A model generated the notes under the pieces. The model searched no databases. It was not told where the DNA came from and saw only the letters and a list, made by a program, of their open reading frames with translations. The translations under genes and the position numbers were made by a program. Below are positions 30,918 through 43,207 of a stretch of DNA of 64,000 bases, in pieces (position 1 is the stretch's first letter; each line of letters starts with the position of its first letter). The DNA comes from Shigella phage ESh25, in sequence record ON528735; one strand, given 5' to 3'.

Positions 30918-31267
30918 TTAGAAAGGTCCTGGATGTCTTCTGCGAACTTGTTGAAGGAGTTGTTGATTTGTTTTTCAACCAATCCTGGCTTACGAGCCAC
31001 CACATCCGCCTTCTTTGCATCTTTGCGCAGTTTTTCATTTTCACGCTCAATATCAGCAATCGCCTCACGATTTTTATTATTCATCGCATCAATATAATTA
31101 TACTGAATTCGCAAATTATTTAATGCTAAGGCGTTTTCATTGGCCGTTTTTGTAATTTCTACAACAGACGTTTCTAATCTTTCTACCTTATTTTTTAAAA
31201 TAATAGATGTTCCGCCAAATGCTATTACAAGTAATAGCAATCCAGCTGTAAAATTACTTACATGCAT
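30914..31267 (-). CDS. Inner-membrane spanin (Rz-like)
   Basis: 117 aa; N-terminal TM helix then coiled-coil; overlaps the o-spanin start. Confidence 0.7.
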   Translation of the reverse strand: MHVSNFTAGLLLLVIAFGGTSIILKNKVERLETSVVEITKTANENALALNNLRIQYNYIDAMNNKNREAIADIERENEKLRKDAKKADVVARKPGLVEKQINNSFNKFAEDIQDLSK

Positions 31268-31764
31268 AAAGTTTTAATAACCTCTATAATATCGTCTTGA
31301 GAAAGACCGTTAATTAAAATATGATGTTCAGCCGGAGATTTAGAAATTTTAAAGCACGCCGCAACATCTTCTGCCATATCCGATGCGCTACGATTTGGAT
31401 TACTAATTCCAAGACGATGCTTTCCTGTCAAAGGATTAACGATGATATAGCATTTGCAGCTATTGATATGAACATTAGGTTGAGTCTGATTAATAAACAC
31501 TTCACAATCATACTTAGCGAGTTGATTTTCTAAAAAGACTTTCATCTCCTCAACCGCATCAGGAAGCATATCACGGGCTTGCTCAAGATGACGATTTCGA
31601 TATTCTTTAATGGTCGTTTTCCGCTTGACTTGCTTAGCTAAATCTTTCTTAAGATCGGTGATATATCCAACTCGACGATTTCCTTTGAATACAGAAATCC
31701 CATCTGTAGTATCACCGTATGCTTCAACGACCATTTCAGTAGTAATAAGCTGCAAATCCATCAT
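31258..31764 (-). CDS. alc: Alc, host transcription termination/unfolding protein
   Basis: 168 aa (T4 Alc 167); synteny between the pseT block and rnlA. Confidence 0.85.
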   Translation of the reverse strand: MMDLQLITTEMVVEAYGDTTDGISVFKGNRRVGYITDLKKDLAKQVKRKTTIKEYRNRHLEQARDMLPDAVEEMKVFLENQLAKYDCEVFINQTQPNVHINSCKCYIIVNPLTGKHRLGISNPNRSASDMAEDVAACFKISKSPAEHHILINGLSQDDIIEVIKTLCM

Positions 31765-31769
31765 AAAGT

Positions 31770-31822
31770 CCTCATGTTATGTCAGTAAGACTACTATAAC
31801 ACAACACGAGGGACTTGTAAAC
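31770..31822 (-). repeat. 53-bp dispersed repeat, copy 2 (promoter-leader cassette)
   Basis: Same sequence with c in place of t at one position; flanks are unrelated. Confidence 0.7.
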
Positions 31823-31825
31823 AGC
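31788..31825 (-). promoter_or_regulatory. Early promoter cassette upstream of alc
   Basis: Same 53-bp sequence as at 16446-16498 with one mismatch. Confidence 0.6.
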
Positions 31826-33413
<1,588 letters not shown>

Positions 33414-33440
33414 AATAAAATGGGCCTTGCGGCCCACTCC

Positions 33441-34619
33441 TTAAAAATATTTTTTAAAACTCATCATAACTTTATCATCAACATCATTATCAATCTGTGC
33501 AACAAGATAAGATGACAGTTCTACTTCTTGCGGCGCGGATTGAACATTATCAGAATTAAGGTATTCACGAATCCAAGGATATGGATGTTTAACCGGAGCA
33601 TCGGTAATCGGGCATGGAAGACCACACTGTTTCATACGAGATACAGTTAAGTAATCAATAAAGCTCCACATGCTATTTGTATTTAATCCAGGAACATCGC
33701 CATCTTTAAATAAATGAACTGCCCAATCTTTTTCTTGGCGGTTAACTTCCATGAAAATATCAACTGCTTCTTGTTCACACTCTTTGGCAATTTTAACCCA
33801 TTCATCACCATCAGTACCGGATTGAAGTTGACGAATAATATATTGTGTACCTTTAAGATGAAGCTGCTCATCACGTGCAATAAATTTCATAATCTTCGCA
33901 TTACCTTCCATGATTTCCATGTTCTTATGGAAGTTGAAAGTACATGCAAAGGATACATAAAAACGAATAGCTTCCAGAGCATTGATAACGTGCAGACAGA
34001 GATAAAGCGACTTCATCAGGTCTCGTTTACATTCTTCCAAATGAGTGAGACTGTTTGAATATGCTTCTAAATCATATTCATTTTCAGCAAAATAACTAAA
34101 GTTTTCTTTGGCGTTTTCCCAAATACGTGTCTTGTCCAGAACATCATCATAATAACGACCAATAGATTCAGCACGTTTCATGATAGCTTTATCTAATACA
34201 ATCTCATCAAATACCTTTGACGGATCAGTATAAAGATTTCGCATAATATGAGTGTATGAACGACTGTGAATGGTTTCACTAAAAGTCCATGTAGCAACCC
34301 ATGTATCAAGGCTTGGGTCTGAAATCAATGACATAAGTACAGCAGACGGTGCACGACCCTGAATGCTATCTAGAAGTGATTGATACTTCAGATTATTAGT
34401 AAAAATATTCTGCTGATATTGAGGAAGCTTATTAAACTGTGCAGCATCCATCATTAAGTTTACTTCTTCAGGACGCCAGAAAAATGACAACTGCTTTTCG
34501 GTTAAATCTTCAAAAACTTTATGACGTTGAATATCATAACGCGCAATACCAAGACCTGAACCAAAAAACATAGGTTCTTTTAAAACATCAACTGGATTTG
34601 TATTAAAAACTGTGCTCAT
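33441..34619 (-). CDS. nrdB: Ribonucleotide reductase small subunit, uninterrupted
   Basis: 392 aa continuous ORF; no intron. Confidence 0.95.
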   Translation of the reverse strand: MSTVFNTNPVDVLKEPMFFGSGLGIARYDIQRHKVFEDLTEKQLSFFWRPEEVNLMMDAAQFNKLPQYQQNIFTNNLKYQSLLDSIQGRAPSAVLMSLISDPSLDTWVATWTFSETIHSRSYTHIMRNLYTDPSKVFDEIVLDKAIMKRAESIGRYYDDVLDKTRIWENAKENFSYFAENEYDLEAYSNSLTHLEECKRDLMKSLYLCLHVINALEAIRFYVSFACTFNFHKNMEIMEGNAKIMKFIARDEQLHLKGTQYIIRQLQSGTDGDEWVKIAKECEQEAVDIFMEVNRQEKDWAVHLFKDGDVPGLNTNSMWSFIDYLTVSRMKQCGLPCPITDAPVKHPYPWIREYLNSDNVQSAPQEVELSSYLVAQIDNDVDDKVMMSFKKYF

Positions 34620-34670
34620 AAATTTTCCACTTAGTTAATAGTTGGTGACTCGTCCGTGAGTCAAATTATA

Positions 34671-36935
34671 TCATAATTTACAGGATGAACAATCTTCAGC
34701 TTTTGGAGTTTCTATTTCATAATCATCAGTACCAGAACCATCACGGGTATTATGATAATAGAAATTTTTTCCGCCAAAATACCAAAAATACAAAAGGTCA
34801 TCAATCATTATTGACATTGGAACCTTTCCTTTTGGAAAAATCTGCGGGTCATAATATGTATTCGCTGAAGCTGATTGACATACCCATTTCAGCATAATAG
34901 CTACCTGCGTAAGATAAGGTTTATTACCTTTCTTAGCTAATTTCCATGTATAATCATATAGGTCTATGTTATGTTCAATATTGGGCACGACTTGATTAAA
35001 GGAACCCTCTTTTGATTCTTTAACAGAGACTGGTCCACGTGGAGGCTCGATACCGTTTGTACTGTTAGAAACTTGGGAAGATGACTCACATGGCATAAGT
35101 GCTGATAATGTGCTATTACGGATGCCAAAGAGCTTAAGGTCTTCCCGCAGCGACGACCAGTCACAAACGTATTTTGGAGCTGCGATTTGGTCAATCTTTT
35201 TATTGTACCAGTCGATAGGTAATTCGCCTCGAGACCAACGAGTGTCTGAATAATATTCACAAGGTCCTTTTTCTTTGGCGAGTTTAATGGATGCTTTAAT
35301 GAGTCCATACTGTAATCTCTCAAATAGTTCATGTGTTAAATCGTTAGCATCTTCATAAGAAGCAAAGTTACTTGCCAACCAAGCTGCATAGTTAGTAACA
35401 CCTACACCGAGGTTACGACGCTTTTTAGCTTTTTCTGCTTCAGGAACTGGATATCCTTGGTAATCCAAAAGATTATCAAGAGCACGAACCTGGACTTCTG
35501 CCAATTCATTAATTTTATCTTGGTCTTGCCAGTCAAAATTATCCAGTACGAATGCAGAGAGAGTACACAATCCAATTTCAGCATCAGGACTATTCACATC
35601 ATTTGTTGGAATAGCAATTTCACAGCACAAGTTACTCTGACGAATAGGTGCCTTTTCACGAATAAACGGAGTATAGTTATTCGTATTATCAATGAACTGT
35701 ACATAAATCCTTGCTGTTCCTGAGCGTTCAGTCATGAGCAATTCAAATAGTTCACGGGCTTTAATACGCTTTTTACGAATATTAGGGTCTTTTTCTGCTG
35801 CTTCGTATAATTCACGGAAACGGTCTTGGTCTTTAAAATAAGAATAATAAAGCTCTCCGCCCATTTCATGGGGACTGAACAAAGTAATGTAATCGTTCTT
35901 TCCAAAACGTTCCATCATCAAATCATTCAGTTGAACACCATAATCCATATGACGAATGCGGTTTTCTTCTACGCCTTTGTTATTTTTCAAAACAAGAAGA
36001 TTTTCAACTTCCAAATGCCAAATAGGATAATAAGCAGTAGCAGCGCCGCCACGAATTCCACCCTGTGAGCATGATTTAACAGCAGTCTGAAAATGTTTCC
36101 AAAAAGGAATAACACCAGTATGGCGTACTTCACCCATGCCAATCTTAGAACCTTCAGCACGAATCATACCAACGTTAATACCAATTCCAGCGCGTTTAGA
36201 GATATATTCAACAATTGAAGCGGAAGCCTTATTGATAGACTTTAATGAATCACCTGCCTCAATAACAACGCATGAACTAAACTGCCGGGTTGGAGTACGG
36301 CAACCAGCCATAATAGGAGTTGGCAATGAAATCTGTCGAGTAGATACTGCTTCATAAAAACGAATAACGTGTTTTAATCTATCAACAGGTTCATCTTGAT
36401 GCAGTGCCATTCCAATAGTCATAAATGCAAACTGCGGAGTTTCATAAATTTGACCAGTGGTTTTATCTTTAACTAGATATTTTTCTTTTAATTGCATCGC
36501 CCCGGAATAAGTAAATTCCATATCCCGCTCGTGCTTAATTTTTGATTCTAAAAATGTAATTTCTTCTGCTGAATATTTTGACAATAATTCAGGGTCATAT
36601 TTACCTTCATTTACACAGTAAGAAATATGGTCAATAAATGAACGCGGTTCATACTGCCCATAAACATGCTTACGAAGAGCAAACATTAAACAACGTGCAG
36701 CTACATATTGATAATCAGGCTCTTCAACCGAAATAGAATTCGCAGCAGCCTTAATGACAATAGTCTGAATATCATCAGTTGTCATTCCATCACGGAGATA
36801 AGATTTAATATTTTCATATAATTCATAAGGATCTACTGATGTTCCTTCAGCTGCCCAAGATAAAACTTTAATAATTTTTTGTGGGTCAAAGCTCTGAGAA
36901 ACACCACTACTTTTGATAACATTAATTAATTGCAT
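34671..36935 (-). CDS. nrdA: Ribonucleotide reductase large subunit
   Basis: 754 aa as T4 NrdA. Confidence 0.95.
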   Translation of the reverse strand: MQLINVIKSSGVSQSFDPQKIIKVLSWAAEGTSVDPYELYENIKSYLRDGMTTDDIQTIVIKAAANSISVEEPDYQYVAARCLMFALRKHVYGQYEPRSFIDHISYCVNEGKYDPELLSKYSAEEITFLESKIKHERDMEFTYSGAMQLKEKYLVKDKTTGQIYETPQFAFMTIGMALHQDEPVDRLKHVIRFYEAVSTRQISLPTPIMAGCRTPTRQFSSCVVIEAGDSLKSINKASASIVEYISKRAGIGINVGMIRAEGSKIGMGEVRHTGVIPFWKHFQTAVKSCSQGGIRGGAATAYYPIWHLEVENLLVLKNNKGVEENRIRHMDYGVQLNDLMMERFGKNDYITLFSPHEMGGELYYSYFKDQDRFRELYEAAEKDPNIRKKRIKARELFELLMTERSGTARIYVQFIDNTNNYTPFIREKAPIRQSNLCCEIAIPTNDVNSPDAEIGLCTLSAFVLDNFDWQDQDKINELAEVQVRALDNLLDYQGYPVPEAEKAKKRRNLGVGVTNYAAWLASNFASYEDANDLTHELFERLQYGLIKASIKLAKEKGPCEYYSDTRWSRGELPIDWYNKKIDQIAAPKYVCDWSSLREDLKLFGIRNSTLSALMPCESSSQVSNSTNGIEPPRGPVSVKESKEGSFNQVVPNIEHNIDLYDYTWKLAKKGNKPYLTQVAIMLKWVCQSASANTYYDPQIFPKGKVPMSIMIDDLLYFWYFGGKNFYYHNTRDGSGTDDYEIETPKAEDCSSCKL

Positions 36936-37252
36936 AAGTCCTCAACTTGAAAATCGTCTTTAAACAATCGGTTAACTATATGAGCTATTATATCACCATG
37001 ACACGGCTTTGGTTTACATGTGCATCCTAGCCTCATTCCACGTAAAGGCTCTAAATGTGCTTTAGTTATTTCTCCGGATTTAATTCGACGTATAAAATCT
37101 TTTTTGAATAATTCAATGGCAGCCTCCCGGCTGCCAGCATCTTTACCGACGTAATTTCCCCAAAATGTACCACGGTGAATATTAACATCAAAGTCGGATT
37201 TATATTTATTCACTACCTGGCATAGACGGCCCGCGCGGTGATAATTCGTCAT
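36926..37252 (-). CDS. Hypothetical Cys/His-motif protein (nrdA.1 position)
   Basis: 108 aa; C-terminal [13 protein letters not shown] cluster suggests metal binding. Confidence 0.6.
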   Translation of the reverse strand: MTNYHRAGRLCQVVNKYKSDFDVNIHRGTFWGNYVGKDAGSREAAIELFKKDFIRRIKSGEITKAHLEPLRGMRLGCTCKPKPCHGDIIAHIVNRLFKDDFQVEDLCN

Positions 37253-37481
37253 ATTGTTTTTCCGTTAAAACAGTAATATCATAGTAACAATCTGAAGAAG
37301 TTTTAACTGTAGAAATTTTATTATCAAAATACTCACGAGTCATTTTATGAGTATAATATTTTTTGCCATAAATGATAATAGGCTGATTTGGTCCTGGAAC
37401 TTCTAACTCGCTTGGATTAGGAAGTGTAAAAAGAACTACACCAGAAGTATCTTTAAATCGTAAAATCATATATCCTCGCAA
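37206..37481 (-). CDS. Hypothetical protein (nrdA.2 position)
   Basis: 91 aa ORF. Confidence 0.55.
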   Translation of the reverse strand: MRGYMILRFKDTSGVVLFTLPNPSELEVPGPNQPIIIYGKKYYTHKMTREYFDNKISTVKTSSDCYYDITVLTEKQYDELSPRGPSMPGSE

Positions 37482-37492
37482 TTAAATTAAAA

Positions 37493-38353
37493 TTATACCG
37501 CCATTTTTCCTTTCAAGACACCGTGGGACTGATAATCTTTGAGAACGAAATCTTTAGGCCTGAGTTTAAGAACATATTCCAATTGTTCTTTAGTAGAAAG
37601 ATAGCGGAATTTATAAGGCAATCCGCCTATTACCAGTTCACAAAGCTCTTTAGGTTCACGACGCAAAATTTCTTTACATTGTTCTACGTGATTCATATAG
37701 ATATGAGTATTACCGCCAGAAAATATCAAATCTCCAGGAATAAGATTACACATCTTAGCTACAATATGAACTAACGCAGCATATGATGCAATATTAAATG
37801 GAAGACCAAGAAAAACATCTACTGATCGTTGATACCACTGCAAATCCAAATAGCCATTACGCACATTAAACTGATAGAACATATGACAAGGCGGTAATGC
37901 CATATATTTAAGTTCAGCTGGATTCCACGCAGAAACAATTTGTCGCCTATCATTCGGCAGTTTTTTAATACGATCAATAACTTCTACAATTTGGTCTACA
38001 CCGCCAAAATCACGCCATTGTTTTCCATAAATTGGACCAAGTTCACCGCTATGGTATCCTAAATCTTTTGCTTGATTTTCGTAATTTTCATCCCAGACTG
38101 TTTTGCCTTGAATTAATGAATCATGCTGAATTAATCGTAAATCATTGACATTTATGCTTCCTGATAAAAACCAAAGTAGCTCAGCAATGCAAGCTTTCCA
38201 GGCGAGCTTTTTAGTTGTTACTGCAGGAAAACCTTTACTTAAATCCCAGCGTAATTTAGTACCGAACAAAGCAATTGTTCCTGTGCCTGTTCGATCATCG
38301 GTTTCATAGCCATTTTCAAAAATGTCTTTAATTAAATCTTGGTATTGTTTCAT
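37493..38353 (-). CDS. td: Thymidylate synthase, uninterrupted
   Basis: 286 aa continuous ORF; active-site PPCH motif; no intron. Confidence 0.95.
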   Translation of the reverse strand: MKQYQDLIKDIFENGYETDDRTGTGTIALFGTKLRWDLSKGFPAVTTKKLAWKACIAELLWFLSGSINVNDLRLIQHDSLIQGKTVWDENYENQAKDLGYHSGELGPIYGKQWRDFGGVDQIVEVIDRIKKLPNDRRQIVSAWNPAELKYMALPPCHMFYQFNVRNGYLDLQWYQRSVDVFLGLPFNIASYAALVHIVAKMCNLIPGDLIFSGGNTHIYMNHVEQCKEILRREPKELCELVIGGLPYKFRYLSTKEQLEYVLKLRPKDFVLKDYQSHGVLKGKMAV

Positions 38354-38398
38354 TTAGTACCTTATATAAATTATAATACATTTTATGAAGCTAAATAA

Positions 38399-38746
38399 TC
38401 AATACGGTTTAGCATCAAATTTTCTTTCGATTTCAGGAGTGAAATATAATTCTTTACCGCGTTTAGAAAAGCGACCAATAATATGATAATTATTCTCATC
38501 AAACGTGATATTACCAATATCCATAGCTTTCAACCAAATATCGATATTTCTATCCAGCTTTATGTCAAAATTCCAATACGGAGAACTATTACCGAAAATA
38601 CTGCAAGCGGATTCAGTAAAACAACTACTATAAATCTTATCTTTAGGAACTACTAATTGATAGACACCTTTAATAAACTGAGGACCCTGCCACTTTGGCT
38701 GTTTCGCGTCTTTTTCTAATAGAATAGGATAATAATTAAAGTTCAT
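38399..38746 (-). CDS. Hypothetical protein inserted between frd and td
   Basis: 115 aa ORF with no recognisable motifs, filling a junction that I recall as contiguous in T4. Confidence 0.6.
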   Translation of the reverse strand: MNFNYYPILLEKDAKQPKWQGPQFIKGVYQLVVPKDKIYSSCFTESACSIFGNSSPYWNFDIKLDRNIDIWLKAMDIGNITFDENNYHIIGRFSKRGKELYFTPEIERKFDAKPY

Positions 38747-38765
38747 ATTTTCCGCCAGTGTTATT

Positions 38766-39577
<812 letters not shown>

Positions 39578-39586
39578 TATATTTCC

Positions 39587-39829
39587 TCAAACAGACTTTT
39601 TCACAATTTTCCAATCAGCTTTAAACTGTTCAACATCAGAATGGTAAATCCAAAACCCTGCGCTTTCTCCATCCTCATAAAGAGGGCATCCATCACATTC
39701 ATCTTCCCATCCCATATCACGCAAAAGACGTTCAGCTTTTTCAACAAGTTCAGAATTTTTACCGATGATATTAAAATACCATTTACCTCTAACTTCTGAA
39801 TCTTTGATGCTCTGGCGTTGTAATCTCAT
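39587..39829 (-). CDS. Hypothetical protein (frd.2 position)
   Basis: Internal Met MRLQRQ... preferred because an early promoter lies inside the longer track ORF (39587..39919). Confidence 0.5.
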   Translation of the reverse strand: MRLQRQSIKDSEVRGKWYFNIIGKNSELVEKAERLLRDMGWEDECDGCPLYEDGESAGFWIYHSDVEQFKADWKIVKKSV

Positions 39830-39851
39830 TTTATTCTCCTCAAGTTGATAG

Positions 39852-39888
39852 GGTAATAGTATCACACTACTACCCTGTTGTAAACAAT
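39852..39888 (-). promoter_or_regulatory. Early promoter upstream of the frd.2-position gene
   Basis: Minus strand GTTTAC, spacer, TACTAT; inverted repeat agggta/taccct brackets the -10. Confidence 0.5.
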
Positions 39889-40211
39889 TATTTTTGAATT
39901 TTATCGAGCCACTTACCAAGCTTAATCATTTCTTTAGTAGCCTTTTCCATACTTCTGAACTTAACCAATAGAGGATAGGTATCGACACCCATAACTAAAC
40001 TGGTTACAAGACTGTGTTCACCCACAAGCCATAACGAATACGTTTGAATATCGAGTCCGTAATTTCTGTCTTTATGGACCCGTACACCCATCACTTCAAA
40101 TTTCTCACTAGCTTTTTCTACCGCATCCAGGAAATCATCTTTAGTCATATTAGGCCTTAAAAGTTTTTCGCAAAAGTTCAATGATTTCATCTGCATTGTT
40201 TTCGTCAACAA
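39888..40211 (-). CDS. Hypothetical protein (frd.3 position)
   Basis: 107 aa ORF. Confidence 0.55.
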   Translation of the reverse strand: MLTKTMQMKSLNFCEKLLRPNMTKDDFLDAVEKASEKFEVMGVRVHKDRNYGLDIQTYSLWLVGEHSLVTSLVMGVDTYPLLVKFRSMEKATKEMIKLGKWLDKIQK

Positions 40212-40536
40212 TGCAGTGAATTTTTGTTACGCCAGAAACTATACCTTCATTAGCGGATTGAGGCTTTTCTAAAGTTACCTCAGTAAAGTATTTGAATTCT
40301 TCAGAGTAAATCTCAAAATACGTCTCAAGTGGGCCACCCGCCATGTATTCAGTACCATCTTCCATAGTTACACGTACCACACATTCACCAGCACAATCAT
40401 CACTTTCCATTTCATCTACAACAAAACTAGGTCCGTGCTTCTCTATTAAATTTAGCATCATTACATTGCAACGGCACTCGTTAGCAAAGTCATTTTTAAA
40501 TAAAGGGTTAATGATATAAGTTTTTCCAACTTCCAC
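40150..40536 (-). CDS. Hypothetical protein
   Basis: 128 aa ORF, acidic, several Cys. Confidence 0.55.
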   Translation of the reverse strand: MEVGKTYIINPLFKNDFANECRCNVMMLNLIEKHGPSFVVDEMESDDCAGECVVRVTMEDGTEYMAGGPLETYFEIYSEEFKYFTEVTLEKPQSANEGIVSGVTKIHCIVDENNADEIIELLRKTFKA

Positions 40537-40582
40537 TTTGATTTCCTCATTTTAACGGGGCTATCAAATAGCCCCTTGATAA

Positions 40583-40813
40583 TTATTGTTCAATCAGTCC
40601 CATGTAAAATTCTGCGTCTTCAGAATCCATGCCATCGCAATATTCATTAGCCATAAAGCGGGTAAGGTCTTCAAGAGGACCTTCAATGACAATAGAAAAA
40701 TTGCAATAATTGGGATCATCATGAATACTTGTGATACTAAGTTCAGGATAACGATTACGAATAATCTCTTCAATATATTCAAAATCAACGATGTCAATAT
40801 CAACTTTAGCCAT
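40583..40813 (-). CDS. Hypothetical acidic protein
   Basis: Internal Met MAKVDIDIV... after a GAGGAA RBS; the longer track ORF would include the upstream promoter. Confidence 0.5.
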   Translation of the reverse strand: MAKVDIDIVDFEYIEEIIRNRYPELSITSIHDDPNYCNFSIVIEGPLEDLTRFMANEYCDGMDSEDAEFYMGLIEQ

Positions 40814-40851
40814 ATTATTTTCCTCTTTGATCATCAGCAGTATTGCCGATA

Positions 40852-40890
40852 GTTGTATAGTACCATGGAAGGACAAGGATGTAAACAGTT
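40852..40890 (-). promoter_or_regulatory. Early promoter downstream of the gene 32 terminator
   Basis: Minus strand GTTTAC, spacer, TACTATACAACTATC; A/T-rich upstream tract shared with the promoter at about 57541. Confidence 0.5.
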
Positions 40891-40904
40891 TTGTGAAAAA
40901 ATTT

Positions 40905-40940
40905 TTGAAATAAAAAAGGGGACCTCTAGGGTCCCCAATT
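40905..40940 (-). terminator. Terminator after gene 32
   Basis: ggggacc-tctag-ggtcccc hairpin followed by TTTTTATTT on the minus strand. Confidence 0.65.
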
Positions 40941-40958
40941 AATTAGTAATATAATCTA

Positions 40959-41864
40959 TTAAAGGTCATTCAAAAGGTCATCTAGGTCCGTGTCATCAGC
41001 ACTAGATGAACTGCCAGAGCTTGAGCTCATAAAATCATCTTCAGTTTTTGTATTGAAGTCATCAACATTGAATGCATCCAAATCATCAGCAACTTTATCA
41101 GCTTTCTTAGCAGCAGTTGCAGCGGCACCGCCCATCACAGCAGTTCCCATAACTTGACCGAATTTAGTGCTCAGTTCTTCAAACGATTTGAATTTATCTT
41201 TAGAAGTCATTTCAGAAAGGTCAACCATTTGTTCGAACAGTTCTTTCTGGAAAGATTCATCGTCAATGTTTGGAATCGCAGATTGATTCAGGAATTTAGA
41301 TTCGTCGTAGTTACTAAATCCAGAAACCTGTTTAACTTTCAGTACAAAGTTAGCACCTTCCCACGGACAAGTTACATCAACCGGAGTTTCACCCATTTCA
41401 ACATCAACCGCAATCATTGCATTGATTTTATCCCAGATTTTCTTACCGAAACGGTATTTAAATACTTTACCTTCATTTTCTGGAGCAGCTGGGTCTTTTA
41501 CAACAAGAATGTTAGCCCAGTAAGAAGTTTTGCGTTTAACAAGACTGTACTCTTTATTGTCAGTGTTGTACAGATCATTTTTACTGATGTACTGACATAC
41601 TGGGCAAGAATCGTAATCACCGTGGGTAGATGAACAGTTTTCAATATACCATTTACCATTTTTCTTGAAACCGTGATTTACAAGAATTGCGAATGGTGCT
41701 TGTTCATCATTTTTAGACGGAAGAAAACGAATTACTGCTTGACCGTTACCCGCATTGTCGAGTTTCAGTTTCCACTCGCCTTTATCTTCAGAAGAAAAAC
41801 CTTTATTGCCATTCAGTTTAGCCATTTGTGCAGCGAGTTCAGCAGTAGATTTACGTTTAAACAT
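40959..41864 (-). CDS. 32: Single-stranded DNA-binding protein gp32
   Basis: 301 aa as T4 gp32; acidic C-terminal tail; translational operator upstream. Confidence 0.95.
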
Positions 41865-41935
41865 TTTTATTTCCTTTTTAATTTAATTAACAGTTGGTGC
41901 TATGACGATGTATGACCTCATAGCTGGTCAGTGAG
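41865..41935 (-). promoter_or_regulatory. Gene 32 autoregulatory translational operator (pseudoknot plus A/U-rich tract)
   Basis: 5' UTR reads ...GACCAGCUAUGAGGUCAUACAUCGUCAUAGCAC...UUAAUUAAAUUAAAAAGGAAAUAAAAAUG, matching the known T4 gene 32 operator architecture. Confidence 0.7.
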
Positions 41936-41938
41936 ATA

Positions 41939-41963
41939 ATTATAATCTATTTATAATAAGCAA
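41939..41963 (-). promoter_or_regulatory. Gene 32 middle promoter with overlapping late TATAAATA
   Basis: Minus strand reads TTGCTTA, 12 nt, TATAAT, with TATAAATA inside the spacer; approximate coordinates. Confidence 0.55.
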
Positions 41964-42617
41964 TTAATACTTACAAGATTTCACAGTTTCAATGAAAACA
42001 CTTTTAGCTTTCTGTGAATCAATATTTAAAATTTTTCTATAAGCCTTTAATTTTATAGAATAATTATTCCAGACTAAATTATCAGTCTGTTCATCATGTT
42101 TATCAATTATATTTAAAAACGAATCAAGCAAGATAAACGTCTCAAACGAAATTATATTTGATTGAAGTAGTTTAAAAATATAACTTGATTGAACTTTTGG
42201 ATTATACTCAAAAATTTCTTTAAAAGCAGAAACTTCAACTTTTTTACTAAAATAATAAATGTTGCGAATATCTTCTTCAAACTTAAATTTAATTTGCTTT
42301 AAACGTCCGATATATTCACGATAAAACACAAGTGCATCAGCGTCAGAGATGTCACCAATCCAAGCATCTTGGTTGGCAACCAAATTGCTTATAAAGATTA
42401 AAGCAAGTTCCTTTAATTTATATTTTTCTGATAACTTCTGGAAAAAATACTTATCCCTTCGCTTTTGATAAGCGGCATCAGACACCCGCATGCACCAATT
42501 ATACTTAATAACATCATACTTTCCATTCATATGTTGTTTTATCATTAAGTATAATTTATAAACTGATTTACCATCAATGTATCTTTCACCACCAGCAGGC
42601 ATGCGGAGTTTAATCAT
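41964..42617 (-). CDS. 59: Helicase loader gp59
   Basis: 217 aa as T4 gp59. Confidence 0.9.
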   Translation of the reverse strand: MIKLRMPAGGERYIDGKSVYKLYLMIKQHMNGKYDVIKYNWCMRVSDAAYQKRRDKYFFQKLSEKYKLKELALIFISNLVANQDAWIGDISDADALVFYREYIGRLKQIKFKFEEDIRNIYYFSKKVEVSAFKEIFEYNPKVQSSYIFKLLQSNIISFETFILLDSFLNIIDKHDEQTDNLVWNNYSIKLKAYRKILNIDSQKAKSVFIETVKSCKY

Positions 42618-42952
42618 AGTAGAAAATCTAATGTATTAGTTTTTTCACAACGAACAACAGAAGGACGTAAAAGATTTTCGTCAATAGCTTCTGACTGAAT
42701 TTTTTCAATTATACCCAAAGGAATAAATTTAGCAAATTGAGTTTCAGGAATAGAATTTTCTTCTAAGAATGCTGTTGTAGCTTCGAGATAACTCATTCCA
42801 AACTCTTCTACCATTTTTTCAATAATAAATCCATTTTCTTGGCGGTCAAGAAGCTTTGCTATTTCATCCTTTTCTTTCTTAATTGAAAGTTCTTTTTCTG
42901 AAAGACCGGTCTCATCGACCGGACGAATATCATTTAGAGAAAACTGTGTCAT
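42614..42952 (-). CDS. 33: Late transcription co-activator gp33
   Basis: 112 aa from the Met MTQFSLND; synteny. Confidence 0.8.
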   Translation of the reverse strand: MTQFSLNDIRPVDETGLSEKELSIKKEKDEIAKLLDRQENGFIIEKMVEEFGMSYLEATTAFLEENSIPETQFAKFIPLGIIEKIQSEAIDENLLRPSVVRCEKTNTLDFLL

Positions 42953-43199
42953 AAAGTTCAACTACCTCTTCAGTTTCAGCTTCAAACACATCACGGTTAT
43001 CTTTATGATACAAAGCTAATAGACGATTAAACATCTTACCATCAACGCCAAGTTCATCTTTGGCACGAATTCGAATATCTTTAATCAGTTCATTATAACC
43101 GGAAATTTTCAGTTTATGGTCAGATGCTTCTTTAATAAATTTAGCCAAGTCTTCGCCATGGATAGCTTCATCAAATTCAACCATTTCTTTTTTAGCCAT
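42930..43199 (-). CDS. dsbA: DsbA, dsDNA-binding late transcription protein
   Basis: 89 aa as T4 DsbA. Confidence 0.85.
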   Translation of the reverse strand: MAKKEMVEFDEAIHGEDLAKFIKEASDHKLKISGYNELIKDIRIRAKDELGVDGKMFNRLLALYHKDNRDVFEAETEEVVELYDTVFSK

Positions 43200-43207
43200 T
43201 ATTCACC

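Noticed and set aside
33441-38353. Possible group I introns with homing endonucleases in nrdB and td, as in T4
   Set aside because: Both genes are single continuous ORFs of full length (392 and 286 aa); no intron-sized interruption is present.
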